Notes under the pieces: generated by a model
The model's input: the letters and a program-made list of their open reading frames with translations, nothing else
What the model was told of the DNA's origin: nothing
Databases searched by the model: none
Assembly (NCBI RefSeq): GCF_009914755.1
Contig: NC_060933.1
Source: the human T2T-CHM13v2.0 reference genome, Homo sapiens
Reading direction: 5' to 3' (one strand)
DNA: 64,000 bases
Translations under genes and position numbers: made by a program
Part shown: positions 35,720 through 52,322 of the stretch, one piece after another
Layout of the letters: every line of letters begins with the position of its first letter
How positions within the stretch are numbered: the stretch's first letter is position 1

Positions 35720-37740
35720 ACTAATTTTCTTAGTGTGTTTTTTGTTGAACAGAGATTTTTATTTTGATGAAGTCCAAACTTATCAGGTTTTATGTTTTTG
35801 TTTGTTTGTTTCTTGGCTAGTCCTTTTTCTGTCCTGTGAAAAAATCTTGGCCTATCTCGAGGTTAAACTTATTTTTTTCCTGTCTTCTTCTAGTCTTATA
35901 ACTTACATTTCAGATTATTATCTATTTTGATCTTTTTCTTGTAAAAAGGAAAAATATGGATGAAGATTGATTTTTTTTTTCCATAGAGGTATTCAATTGC
36001 TTTAGCACTGTTTGTTGAAAAGACTATTCTTTCTCCTATTGAATTGCTTTGCTACCCTTGGAGAAAATCAGTTAACTCTTTAAGTGTGGATCTATATCTG
36101 AGCTCTCTTCTCTTACGCATTAAACCATTTGCTACTGTTCTACAGGTTTCTGAGCTTCTATTTATTTTTCATCAATTGTCTTTCTGTCTTGTCTTCAGAT
36201 TGGACTTTTTTTATTAATCTGTCTTAAAGTCCCATGATATTTTCTTCTTTGGTGTCTAGTCTGCTTTCAAGCCCATCCAGTGAATTTTTAATTTCAGATA
36301 TTGTATTTTTCCATTCCGAAGTCTTCATTTGTTTGTTCTAGATAGTTTCCATTTCTCTATTGAGATTTCCTAGTGGTTCCTTTCATTATGTTTATGTTTT
36401 ACTTTGTATTCTTAAACATACATGCCTTAATGCTACATTCTAATACATAATTTCTGTGATTTGTAAGTCTCATTATTATGGATAGATTTTCCTCTGTATT
36501 GTAGGCCACCTTTTCCTGCTTATTTATATATGTAGTAATTTTGTATTGAATGCCATCAATTTTGTTCTCTTTTGTAAAGAGGATTGAACTTTGTTATGGC
36601 AGGTAGTTAATTTACTTGTGCATCCACTTGATCCTTTAGAGGACTATTTATAAGCTTTAATATGGCAGGTCTAGTCTGGGGCTGGAATAGCCTACTTATT
36701 AGATTTGGCCTTTCTTGTGTGTCAATTGCATGTCTGCAGGTTTATTTAAGTGTCTCACTTGAGCTAGGCAGAAACCCAACATTTCCAAGCCCTGTGCAAG
36801 CTCTGGAATCCCCTTTCAACTCATAGTTTTTCTTGGCCTTCCACTGCCTTATTTTGTACTTGCATTGCTTAATCTTTGGCCAAAGACTCAAGGGAACCAA
36901 ATTCAGATTTCTAGATTTTCTTCTTTTTACAGTTCTCTCCTTTTCCCCATGCTTCATATTTCAGCCACTTCTGCAGCTATTATTTTTCTCTTTATTTTAT
37001 TTTGTCTTATAATAAAATTGTGTGGATTCAATTACGATCCTTCTCCATTGCTTAATTTAAGTAAAAATAGTTTTTCTATACATTCTGAATGTAGGAATGG
37101 ATTAGGTTAACATTTTTGCTGGTGTGATCTAGGACTGTCTTTGCTATTTTTTCTGGAAGTGATAAAATATATATTCTCTTACTTTTCAAAGTCTGCTGCC
37201 TCCTGTCCTCCTTCCCATTTTATCCAGATCTTCTCTTTTCCCCACCCACTACTGTCCCTGTCTTGCCCAATGTGGGTTATATTCCAAGCAGTTTCTGCTA
37301 AGTGTGACCTTGTCCCAATAGGAGCCTCAGATGTCATAGTTTTTAAAGTCCTTAGGGCCATACAATCCTAACAGTTCAGAACTTACGATAACTGTCTTAT
37401 CCTGTCCCTGTGAACTGGACTCTAAAAGTGTACATTTTAGATTCTGTTCTCAGATTGTCCCCTGGCAATTTCCAGTGAGTACCTGTTGGTGATTTTGAGG
37501 TTCTTCTATTCTCAGGGCCATCTTGTTGCCTTTCCTCAGCTTTCTCTTGCACAGACACTGATGGATCTTATAAAATGGGCTATTTGTCACCACTTGTTTA
37601 TATTTTAGGTTCTTGAGAATATTTTATTGCCTAGTTTAGTTGTAGATATTGTGCTTGAGTTTTTGCTTTCATTATCCTACTTGTTCTTTCTGTTTTATTA
37701 ATGATTCAGGGAGATTCACTGCCAATACTGCCAGCCTAAA
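35720..37740 (-). mobile_element. Very old L1M/L1ME fragments
   Basis: Degenerate antisense L1 motifs (tttgttgaaaagactattctttc, ccatccagtgaatttttaatttcagatattgta). Confidence 0.6.
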
Positions 37741-37946
37741 ATATTCCTTTATTTCTTACTAAACATTATGTCATCTTTGTCATGAAGAGGAAGACGTACT
37801 TCAATTCATGCATTTCTTAAACTTTAAAAATCACTAATGTAGCATTAATTGATTTAAAAATTCTACACAGGATTAGGGATAAAAATTGTTTACTTAGAGT
37901 GCTGACTAAAAATTATAAATGCACATTCTGTAAAAGGGCTTGGATT

Positions 37947-39040
37947 TGTATAGTGAAGAATTAACTTTACCCAAAGAGAGCTCTGGCTTTTGCTTTTGGC
38001 TACTGGGAGGAGATCTCTAGGCCCCAGGAATGTCCTGCTTGATGTGAATGTTTTTGTTTGCCTGGGAGCTTTTACCAGTGAACAGTCCGACAGTGTGATT
38101 TATGATGAAGATTTTGGAACATACTACCTCAGCTCTAACATCCAGAGGAACTAGAGGCTAAAGGCATTAGCCTAAGCCTCCAGGATGGGCTGGAGCCTAA
38201 AGATCAGCCTCATGAGCAGTACATGCTCAAGCTCCAGTAAAACTCTGGACACCAAAGGCTCACATGAGATTTCCTGATGACAGTACTCTGTGTATTGTCA
38301 GGTATAAACTGGCTGCGAGGGTAATGCATCCCTGAAGATGATGGAAGTTGTGTGTTTGGACCTTTTCATACCTTGCTCTATGTGACTCTATATGACTCTC
38401 CCTTTCGTTGGTTCTGATGTGTATCTTTTTGCTATAACACAATTGTCCTCACAAGTATAGCGCCTTCTGGGGTTCTGTGAGTTTTTCTAGTGAATTATCA
38501 AAACTGAGGGGGTAGTGGGAACCCCTGACTTTGTAGCCAACTGATCAGAAGTAAAGGAGGCTTGGTGCTATGGTTTGAATGTGTCCCCTCCAAAACTCAG
38601 GTGTTGGCAATGTGATGTGATAGTATTAATAGGTAGAGTCTTTAAGAGGTGATTAGGCCACGAGGGTTCCTCCCTTGTGAATGCGATTAAGGCCCCTGTA
38701 AAAGCAACTTCACTCATTGTTCAGTTGGTTTGCCCATTCACCTCTGCCATGTGAGGACAGTGTTCCTCCCCTCCAGAGGATGTAGCAACAAGATGCCATC
38801 TTGAAAGCAGAAGAGTAGCCCATACCAGACAACCAAACAGCCCAAGCCTTGAAGTTGAAATTCCTGGAGCCCAGTGAAAATAAATATCTATTTTTTATAA
38901 ATTACCTAGTCTCAGATATTTTGTTAGAGCAGCACAAAATGGACTGCAACAACTGGGGACCCCAGACTTGTGGCTGGTGTATAAAGTGAAGGCATGCTTG
39001 TGGAGGACTGTGCCCTTTACCTATGAAGTTTGGCCCAACT
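37947..39040. mobile_element. MER21-family LTR (MER21C-like), interrupted by MSTD
   Basis: tgtatagtgaagaattaactttacccaaagagag...ggtagtgggaacccctgactttgtagcc...cttgtggaggactgtgccctt. Confidence 0.75.
38566..38951 (+). mobile_element. MSTD solo LTR (ERVL-MaLR)
   Basis: tgctatggtttgaatgtgtcccctccaaaa...gcagcacaaaatggact..aca. Confidence 0.85.
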
Positions 39041-39525
39041 CTCCCAGGCAGGAGGAATCATGGCATTTCATGAAATGGTTCGGTATCAATATACTACATA
39101 AATAAGCACAGATTTATTACAGAGCAACACAATTAACTAAGAAAGTGCACACTAAAATGGTATGGTATTATTGGAAGTAGAAATATGCAAGAATGAGAGA
39201 GAATTAAAACCACATAGGAATTGAGGTAGGATTTATTGCTAGTTTGATAACATTGGTGCTATGACAATAGACTGTTCAAATTCTTCCCTGCCACTTATCC
39301 CCACAGGGTTCATGATGTATCTCTAACAATAAGGAGCAGTAGAAAATGGGGAATCAAATAATAATCAACTGCTACCGTAATGCAGATCTGAGGTAAATAA
39401 GAGGGTCATTAGGTCAGCAACTAAATAGCTGCCTAGAAATAGGATGAGAGGGGAGGAGGCAGGTCTTGTTTACTCTGTTTAGCATGTGGAAAAAAGAAAG
39501 AAGAAAGTACAATAGTAAAAGGAGA

Positions 39526-39649
39526 GCCTGGGCAAACTGATGTGTGCCTATAGTCCCAGCTACTTGGGAGGTTGAGGTGGGTGGATTGCTTGAGCCCAGG
39601 AATTGGGGTCCAGCCTGGTCAACATAGTGAGACCCCGTCTCTTAAAAAA
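39526..39649 (+). mobile_element. FLAM_A Alu monomer
   Basis: gcctatagtcccagctacttgggagg...gcttgagcccagga...gaccccgtctct + A tail; degenerate TSD agtaaaaggaga / agtaaagggata. Confidence 0.85.
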
Positions 39650-39759
39650 AGTAAAGGGATACAATTAGATTCAAGAGAAGGGTTTACATTTCATCACTGA
39701 TGTGGGGGGATTATTTTTCTCTTTCCTATTAAACTGAACAAAGGAAAAAAATTCTCCCC

Positions 39760-39950
39760 TTTCTGCTGGCAGTTATCTAGCAGATAACAATTTTATGACA
39801 AGCAGTGAAGCAAAGCTGAGACATGGAAAGAACCTGAATCCTTGGTGACATGATTGAGTTGCTGACTCAACCAGTTATGAAGCCCATTCATCTCTGGACT
39901 TCTTGTTATGTGAATTAAGAAACGTTTTTATTGTTTGGAATCAAAGTCAA
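39760..39950 (+). mobile_element. MLT1 (J/K/L-like) LTR fragment
   Basis: ggaaagaacctgaatccttggtgacat...tctctggacttcttgttatgtga. Confidence 0.6.
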
Positions 39951-40151
39951 GGAATACATATCCTGTACCCATGAATTTTAAGTTATTGTCAACCCATTCA
40001 TTAGTAATCATAGCCAGTCTTTTTCTTGGTCCACTGAGTTATGTTTTCCTCTAAATAGAGTTCTCTTTTCCCTCTTTGGCAAGGTGGCAGGTCACAGCCA
40101 GACCTACTGTACTAAAAACTCAAGCAGACTCAATGATATAATAAGAGCTAG

Positions 40152-40497
<346 letters not shown>

Positions 40498-41252
40498 CAC
40501 AGATTTTCCCATATGAAAATAATGTGCCTCCTAACCAGCCCCAGTAGCATAAAAGATACCAACTGGTGGGTCCACGTCTACCAGCCTGGAAGATTTTATT
40601 TCATTTGGAGCCACACTCATCAATAAACTTCAGGTGTACTGCCATAAAAAATATTAGGAGGTACCAGAGAGGCATCTACTAACTTGCATGCTTCATCTCA
40701 TATAATTTTGCTGGTTTGGTAATTTACAAAGTGAAAGTCACTTTGGACTAAATCCAAGTTGTCATTCTTATCAATATTTGAACTTGGAACATGTGTTCTG
40801 TTTTAGCGCTTTGCTTTTTTACTAACGAAGTTAGTGGCTGTGGGTGTGGAGGATGGCTGCATGATTCTCAAGGCAGGTATTCTTTTTGTTCTGATATACT
40901 TCAAAAGACACATGGCTTATCTTTGTACCATATCCAACACTGTTTTAGTCTTCAGTTTTAGGATTGGTTATTTTCTACCTAAAGGAATGGGACTGAGCAC
41001 AGGGATAGAAATAAAAGAAATAGGAAGCAGGGATGAGCAGTAAGAGATGTTCCAATGGTATACTTCTTTATCAGAACTATTCTAATATTTTGTTAAATAT
41101 GCTATACCAGGATTCAATCCACCTAACTGGGTGATGTAAACTGTTCCTGGGTGGAGGAAAAAAGCTGAAGTCCACAATTCAGTGACTAGTCCTAAAACCT
41201 TTACTTCCCTCACAGAGAATCAGACCCATATTTACTTCTCCCTTTCCCCCAG

Positions 41253-41290
41253 AAGGTATTTCTATCGATCCCAATATGAAGATTGCAAAG
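41253..41290 (+). other. Candidate 38-nt (or 35-nt) internal exon
   Basis: Strong pyrimidine tract tttacttctccctttcccccag, tandem CAG-AAG acceptor, AAG|GTAAGG donor; unique sequence. Confidence 0.5.
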
Positions 41291-42844
41291 GTAAGGACCC
41301 CCACTCAGTTTGCATCTCTTGGAATTTGGCTATATTACTGAGATTTATTAGGATTTTTTTTTTTTTTTTACTTACTAGTATGCTTTCTGAGATGTTATAA
41401 GATCAGGCACTATTTCTGTTGACTTTGCCATTCTACCGAAGATCTTTATATTTTCTTATTATTCTAACATTTCAATTGAGGAGGATAGACTTAAAGACTA
41501 ATAACCATGACAGTTTCAGCCTCTGATATTTCTAGAGGCAAATATTTCCTTATTACTTTGTGAGAAAAACCTTTCGTTAATGGGTGTCTTTAATTACAAG
41601 AAACTTATTCCCTGTATTGCGTTAATAGTTGCCTTCCCAAAACTTCCCTCTGGAACAATGCATAATAAATCTACTTCATTTTCCAGAGGACTAGATTTAA
41701 ATGTATAAAGAGTTATGTATTCTTCTTTCTGGGCATTATGAACATATCTAGTAACTTTATGTGTTCCTTTGAATACTTCTAGGATTTAAAAGTTTATAGA
41801 CATCATCTAGATAACTTCATAATCACACAAGGAGGTAAGTGAGGCTCAAAACAGTTGATGAGGGAAAGCTCTACTTTAAATGCCAATTAATTAATGTGGG
41901 AGAAATGACAGAATTAGGACAATAGCATTTCACAAATTCTATTTAACTTATTGATTCAGACAAGATTTATCAAGGTTAAAATCCTTAGGTAAATGGATGT
42001 TGGGACACTGGACCTTCATTTTGTGCCCAGCTGATATTACACAGAATAATTTCTAATCACAAGAGATAAAATAAAATTACACAATAGCAGGTTCAGATTG
42101 TCGTTACTCCAGAGAATGTCAATCTTATCAAATTAATGGTAAATGTACTAGAAATTCTGTGTCTTCTGATGTGATAAAACATGAAGTACACAATATCATC
42201 TATGATATTCTTTTCACAGTGTTTCACCTGAATTCATCAAGCCTTTAAAATCACTTCCACAGGAGATGAAGTAACAGGACACAATTGAACAAATTCTTAA
42301 AAGATAGAATATTCCAGGGACCAACTGGCCTTTGGTTTTCAAAATTCATTTTTAAAAAAAGACTGTTAAAAGATTAAACAACAGGCACACACACACACAA
42401 TTCGAAAGATATGCACTAAGGTGTTAACAATGGCAATCTCTGGATGGTGGTATGTGACATTCTTTTTTTCTTTTGTCTATATTTTTTATTTTTCTACAAT
42501 GCACATGTATTGTTTCTCTAAGTATCATTAAGAAAATTAATAGTCAACCTGGCAAAATAGTTTGCCCAATCTGTATGAGATGTTTTTCAGACTCCCACCA
42601 TATTTGATGTGTTCCCATGGTTGAACTCTTGTTCGCTATTGTCCTCCCTGAATTGTGAAGCCTGCTATTTGGCAGTATGCCTCAGATACAATCTTACTTA
42701 CCTGAGGTAAAATTTCTGACCTGGCCATTTTAAAGATTCTTAATAATGTTCAATTATAAAGGCAATTGAAGACTACACTGCCTTTTTGGAAGTTCAATAA
42801 CATGGTTAGCTGTTTAGAATATAGTCTGTTGACTATTTAGAATC

Positions 42845-43055
42845 GATGTTAAGAACATAGGCTCTGGAGATCTCAGGAAAATTGCTGAAACTTATTTAAA
42901 CCTTAATTTTCTTATCTGCAAAGTGAAGAAAATACCAGAACCTATTTCAAAGGGTTGTTGTAAAGGTTAAATGAGATAACACAGCAAAATACTTGAGTAT
43001 AATGCTTAGCTCACAGTATATAAAATAAATTTGAGCAATTATAATAATTATTATC
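42845..43055 (+). mobile_element. MIR
   Basis: gttaagaacataggctctggag...ttttcttatctgcaaagtg...agggttgttgtaaaggttaaatgagataa. Confidence 0.8.
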
Positions 43056-43789
43056 GTGTTCATATAAAATATCAGAATAAACATTGTATCATTTATACTC
43101 CCTCCAATACCTCAAAATTAATTTGACTAAAAGTGTTATATTTAGCCAGCTTCTTGGTGAAATATCTTTTAATCAAAAGAATAGGACTAAATAAGTAATT
43201 TTCTTAATCTGGTAACTATAGATAGCACTGTATCTGTTTTTTAATTCCATAACAAATTCTTTAAGTAACTCATTAACATTAAATCTTTCGAGTGTTTAGG
43301 ACCTGTGCGGTCCCAAAAAGCACCCACTTAAGTGGAATAACCCCAAGAACATAGGATAAAGTTTCTGGGATTTTCATAGTACATTGACATTCCTTGAGAA
43401 TACACAACATTTATTGAGGTACCTGAATAACTGAAGGCCCCGAGGAGCTAATCAGAACCACACAATCTACTCTGTGTAGGGTGAATATATTCACTACTAG
43501 CTAGTGGAATCATGGTCCTCAAATGCAGGAGGTGATAATATCAGAATTTTATGAGAACATCCATTAAACTGAACACATAGACAGTTATCTATCTGAGAGG
43601 TAAAGTGATGGAGAGTAAGTTTAAAATATTTGATGTCCCTCCAAACCCCCCAGTAGCCCAAGAACTGAAAAATAGAAGCTGAATAACTTTATGGACCTGC
43701 CTGCTTCTGCTGTGCCACTCTGCAGCAGAACTTTAAAGCAAAAAATTTCTTGGAGTTTTACACTGGATATATTAATGAAATCACTATTT

Positions 43790-44160
43790 TTGTTGCATAT
43801 TAAACAAGATTCCTTCCACTGCAAGTACAGAAACTCAAGAAATTTAAACAATAATGAAGTGTATTGACTCAACACTGAGTCTAGAAGTAGAACAGACTTC
43901 AGAGTTGGCTTAGTCTGGCAAGCACTAGCTTTCTTTCCCAAAGCTGGTTCTTAGGCTCTGTTCTCCTCTGTTGGCTTCACAAAATGGCAGTCCCAGCTTC
44001 ACTGGTGCGTAACTTCTTCCAACAGCTCTCACTTAAAGGTAAAGAAACATTTTCCAGAAACTCTCAACAAGTTTTCCTTGACGTCACTAGCCAGTACTGT
44101 GTCTTATTCCTCATTCCTGAACCAATCATTAGCAAAGGAATAAGATTACTCCTAAGACAC
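43790..44160 (-). mobile_element. MLT1-type LTR fragment
   Basis: gcaagtacagaaactcaa...tcctcattcctgaaccaatca. Confidence 0.5.
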
Positions 44161-44393
44161 ATAGCTTCTGGTAAGGGAGCCGTGGATGTATAAATGAAAA
44201 TGGGGTGCTCTTGGGAAGAGGGAAATAAATATTGGGTGGGTAATCAACAAGGCGTCATCAAAAAACTTTCTGGGGGTTGAATGAAGCAGGAAAATTTTTT
44301 TTTCAGAATAGTTTTTCATACAATACTTGGCTTTTAAACAGTTGAGAAATAAAAGAATCCACATCTTTTCTCATTTGATTTCCCCCTTGCTGA

Positions 44394-44777
<384 letters not shown>

Positions 44778-45209
44778 TGAACACTTTCAGGTTGTTTGGA
44801 GTTTGGAAAAACCTAAGTGGTGATTTTCCCTGAAATTTTAGGATGTGAAATTTTTTTAAAGTGGAAATGCAATCTGTATATAATAACGTAGACTTCAAAA
44901 TGTTGTTATGTAACAGGTATTTGATGTTTGACAAGTTTTTGACACTCTTTAATGAGCCAGTTTACATCTTTAATCTTATAAATAAATTTACCAAGTACAA
45001 ATCTGAGCAATAAGTATGGTAAGTTCGGCATTTTATCTTTAAAGGGGTGGAATGGCATCTAAATTCAGAAAACCACTTAATTTTCTTAAAGTGAAAACAT
45101 ATCCACACGCCTTAGTGATTTCAGTCTCAGTCCTTTTTCTTTGACTTTCTTTTTTTTTTAAACCAAATTAACCACCATTTTTTTTCTATTATTAGGGATT
45201 TCTAAGTTA

Positions 45210-45850
45210 TTGTTTATGGAGAAATGACTTGAGCTCAGGAGACCTGGATACAAGTCTTAAACTAGTGATGAGGTCTTAGGAAAGCCATTTTGCCTCTCCA
45301 AATTATAGTTTTCTTTTCAGATTGTTAGACTCAATGAATCATTTATTCATTCATTTAATGAACATCTACTGACTGCCTATTGCGGTTTGGAGAATTAAAA
45401 AATAATAATAATAACACTTTGTCCTTGCTTTCAAGGAGTTCATAGTAAAGTGACACAGGTGGTACATAGCACAAGGAACTTTTCTGAGTTAAGTACAGCG
45501 ATGGAGATGTGAATGGGGTCTTTTGGAAATATCTAGAAGGGATACTTAAGTCAACTTCAGGTTGGAGATGAATGAAGGGAAAGTTTCCCTGGAGATCATG
45601 ATATTTGAGCTGAGGATGAATAGGCATTAGCTAGCTAAAGGCTGGTTGGGGAGGAGTTGAAAAAATTCACAAAGGGAAGATAGTATGAACAAAGGTATGA
45701 AGACACAGCCTGGTATAAAGGGATATTGTAAACAATTCATGTTATTGGAGAAAAAATTGTGAAGCAGAGAGTAGGAAAGAAGAATGTTGGAGAGGTGTGC
45801 AGGAACCAGAAGGCTTTGTGAGACTTTTTTCCCGGTAGGTGATAATTCAA
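45210..45850. mobile_element. MIR fragment (~45210-45320) followed by a minus-strand L2 3' end
   Basis: tcaggagacctgg...; atttattcattcatttaatgaacatctactgactgccta...gtccttgctttcaaggagttcatagt. Confidence 0.65.
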
Positions 45851-48605
45851 TAAAAGATGTTATTTAAGGGTCAGAGGGAAACACATCAAGTTTTCCTGAT
45901 ATCTCATTCTAGCCTTCTTTAATTTGATTTAATTTATCTTTAACATTTAAAACAGTATGAAGGAAGTGGTCTATAAGGTTTATCCTATAATATTCTAGCT
46001 TCCCAACCTCACTACCATGAAATCATTTTTAGTATGGTGCTAGGATATTTATTGAATATGAGCTTTTTTTTCCCTTTACTTAACTGAATGAAAAAGAGCT
46101 GTGAAGCTTTTTTTGTTTCCAGGAAACACAATTGTTTTGAATTAGTAGAGTGTTTGTCGAAGGAGTTCAGCAAAGCCCCACTATTACCCTGGAGTATGTA
46201 ACTCTCAGTATAGTTTTCTTTCTATTTTCATAAGGTTAACTGTTTCTCCATATAAAACAAGCTTAATAACTAGCAGGGTGATCCTTTGCCTTTGCATCCT
46301 CTGTTACATATAAAACTTTTGATATTAAAAATGATTTTTCTCCTCCATCATTTCCTTCTCCTCCTTCCCTTCCTCCCCCTCCTCCTTCTTTCACTTATAA
46401 AAGTCTCCTCTTAAGATAAAAATTCTAGAAATGAGATTCATTAAGCTATTATCAGATAATGGGAGCATAAGTTTTCTGACCATTAGATGCCCATTGAAAA
46501 GGGAAATATGCTTACAGTCCAAGGTCAAGTGACCAGAGGTGGCGAAGGGCCTGTATGTCTGAGAAGAAAGGGCCAAATATACACTCTGCCTCTTCACTGG
46601 AGAGAGCCACTTTCAACCAACATGGTTTTTTTCTGGTAAAGCAAGCCAATGTTAAGAACTACATAATGCTTAACAAAATAATTGAAGGGTCTATTATTCA
46701 AAAGGGGAAAGACTAAAGTCACTAAATAGAAGAACATTTCCTCAATATGACTGTAGGCAATATTCTCTTAGAAAATAATGAAATGTTTGTCTTGGTGATA
46801 TGGTTACCTTTCTTAAGTGAATAGGAGAAGTATTTTGCATCTCTCTGTGATGGGGAAACTGACCTGAAATTGGAGCATTCATAGTCATCTTCATCCTTGA
46901 TTATGGGATGAGTGTCCACATCCCAACTCTTTCTCTTTTTCTTGAATGGACAGATAAGAGATTCCGTAAGTCCTGGCAAAGAGGGGAACACATCTCTCTC
47001 AGAACTTCCCAGGAGGGAAGGTGGAGTCACTGAGGAACTTGAAGGTTTGATTATGGAGGTTTGAACAAAGAGAGAGAAGGGTGAGGGCTGTTTATAAGGT
47101 AGTGAGGGAGAAAGCATAAGTTAGGAGCATCTTTCTCATGAGGCTTAAGTCCGGAAGTGCTTTCCCAGGTGCTGTATAAATGAATGGTGAAGTCAAAGAG
47201 AATTACTGTAACTTCTATTCCTCCTCATACCCTACAAGGCTGTCTTTGTGGATGTGCAACCTACATAGTTGCACAGAACACATTATCAGAAAGGTCCTGC
47301 ACTTGGTTTAATATTCTACTCTTACTGTCTTGAAATTGTTACTTTTTTCTTTGAATTTATATTTTTTAAATGAAGTGCAATAAGATGATGGAGCCTGAAC
47401 ACAGGATATGGCAATAAGCATGTGTGCTGCCATTTTTGCCACCCCACTCCCACATAATGTTCAGTATGCCCCATAAGCACAGAATTTCTCTGGACCCATG
47501 ATGGGTGGGAATGCAGTGAGACTCAAAGCAAGTACAAGGTGAGTTTGTTACATCTATGTCTGACTAAGCAGAAACTGACAGCTGCAAGAGGCCAGTGTTT
47601 GAACTAGAACGTGCTTTGAATGCAGAAATAAGGCAATGGTGAAGAGACAACCTATGTAATAGGAAAAAGTATTTGCAAACCATACAATTGATAAGGGATT
47701 AATATCAAAAATATATAAGGGACTCAAGAATGCAAACAATTCAATAGCAAGAAAACAAATAACCCAATTTAAAAATGGGCAAAGGATCTGAATAAACATT
47801 TAAAAAAACCATACATATGGCAAACAGGTATATGCAAAAAAGCTCAATGTCATTAATCATCAGAGAAATGCAAATTAAAATCGCAGAGATATCCCCTCAC
47901 ACCTATCAGAACAGCTACTATCAGAAAGATGAAAGACAAGTGTTGATAAGGATGTGCAGAATAGGGAACCTTTGTACACTGTTCGGGGGAATGTAAATTA
48001 GTGCAGCCATTATGGAAAACAGTTTGGAAGTCTCTCAAAAAATTATAAATAGAATTACCTAAACCCACTACTGGATATATATCCAAAAAATTGAAATCAG
48101 TACATTAAAGAGATGTCTGCATGCCCATGTGCATTGCACCTTTATTCACAATAGCCAATATGTGGAATCAACCTAAGTGTCCATCAACAGATAAATGGAT
48201 AAAGAAAACCTGGTATATATACACAATGGAATACTATTCAGCCTTTAAAAAGAAGGAAATCCTGCCATTTGTGACAATATGGATGAATCTGAAGGACATT
48301 ATGTTAAGTAAAATAAGCCAGGCACAGAAAGACCAATACTGCATGATCTCACTTACATGTGGAATACAAAAAAGTCAAACTCATCGAAGCACGGAGTAGA
48401 AAGGTGGTTACCAGGTGCTGGAAGTGTGAGGGATGGTGCGAGATGTTGGTTAAAGAATATTCGCATTTCAGTTAGACAGGAGGAATACGTTCAATAGATC
48501 TATTGTACAACATGGTGACTATAGTTAATAACGACGTATTGTATATTTCAAAATTGCTAATAGAGCAGATTTTAAGTGTTCTCACCACTAATAGTAACTA
48601 TTTTA

Positions 48606-50687
<2,082 letters not shown>

Positions 50688-51400
50688 AATAGTAACTATT
50701 TTAGGTAATACATTTGTTAATTAACTTGATTTAGTCATTCCACAATGTATACACATTTCAAAACATGATGTTGCACACTACAAATATATACAATTTGTCA
50801 ATAAAATAAAATAAATGAATAAAAGAAAAATGATAATCAGAAAAAAATAATTTTTTTAAAAGATGGCAATGGTGTTAAGAAACATGAACTCAGGTACACT
50901 TTCATACCCTTTCTTACTCATGTTATTTCCCTATACTAGCTAACAGCTTACACTAAAACAATGATAATAAGTCCTTCCTTACTCATCAGCAACTTTAAGG
51001 TAGGGAGTGTTGATAGAATGTGTGCAGATCAAGAAGTAAAATAAAAACAGTTGAGTTAGTTTTATGTAGTTATTCTGCCATTCTGGCAAGAACAATATAC
51101 ATATGTAGGTATGAGCTATGAAATATGAATTATGGAATTTCAATGATTCCACATGCAAGGTGAATGATCTTATATTTGCATTTAAAACTGCCATTGCACA
51201 ATATAAAGATGAATGGTAAAATTCATGCTAAAAATTTTAAACTCTAATTTTTTTTTACTTAGAACAACATTAAATAGCAAATGAAAGCGCACCATGACAA
51301 TTTGAGAGAGTCACTACCAAAGAAAGAAAAGAAGCTTTATGTTTTAATAGCATTAATGTCACCCTTTTCCTGCTTTTTGAACAAGGGGCCCCATATTTTC

Positions 51401-51613
51401 TTTTTTTATGGGTTAACTAATATTATTATTATTACTTTTTTAGATTATACTTTAATGGGTTAACTAATATTATTATTATTACTTTTTTAGATTATACTTT
51501 AAGTTCTGGGGTACATGTGCAGAACGTGCTGGTTTGTTACATAAGTATACACGTGCCATGGTGGTTTGCTGCACCCATCGACCCGTCATCTACATTAGGT
51601 ATTTCTCCTAATG
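51401..51613 (-). mobile_element. Very short L1PA 3' end with duplicated tail
   Basis: atactttaagttctggggtacatgtgcag...ggtatttctcctaatg; 19-bp TSD caaggggccccatattttc at 51382-51400 and 51614-51632. Confidence 0.92.
51408..51501 (+). repeat. Perfect 47-bp tandem duplication
   Basis: atgggttaactaatattattattattacttttttagattatacttta x2 (51408-51454, 51455-51501). Confidence 0.97.
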
Positions 51614-51819
51614 CAAGGGGCCCCATATTTTCATTTTGCATTGGACTCCGCAAATTATGTAGCCCTCCCAAAATATGCCCTACCTCTTGAAACCTACCTG
51701 AATGTTCAATAGTAATTGTCTTATCTTTATGTCTTAACAGAACATGTTTGGTATAGTGGGGTCTTTCTTTCCAGCTTGGCTCACCTCACCCATCCCAATC
51801 ATCAGAAATAGGCCAGGGA

Positions 51820-52174
51820 ATAAATAAGAATAAAATCATGTTCTTCACAGCTACATGGATAGAACTGGAGGCCATTATTCTGAGTAACTCTGAAACAGAA
51901 AGATGAAATACTGCATGTTCTCACTTACAAGTGGGATCTAAACAATGAGTACACATGGACAGAAAGATGGAAATAATAGGCATTGGGGACTCTAAAAGGA
52001 GATAGGGTAAGAAGAAGATGAGGGTTGAAAAATTACCTATTGGGTACAGTGTTAACTATTTGGGTGATGAGTCCACTACAAGCCCAAACCTCACCATTAC
52101 ACAATATATCCTTGTACCAAATCTGCTCATATATCCCCTGAAAACAAAATAAAATAAAATAAAATAACAACAAA
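51820..52174 (+). mobile_element. L1PB-like 3' end
   Basis: gaactggaggccattatt...aaaaattacctattgggtaca...agcccaaacctcacca; near-TSD agaaataggccaggga / agaaatagggcaggca. Confidence 0.85.
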
Positions 52175-52322
52175 AGAAATAGGGCAGGCAGAACATTGCA
52201 CTTCAACCCCAATTTATAGACATTATTAAGTTAAGCTTCCTCTCACATTAATAAAACTACAGGAAGTCCATTTGACTTGAGAGACAAGAAATTGAATTTC
52301 TTTATGGCCTCTGTAAATAAGT

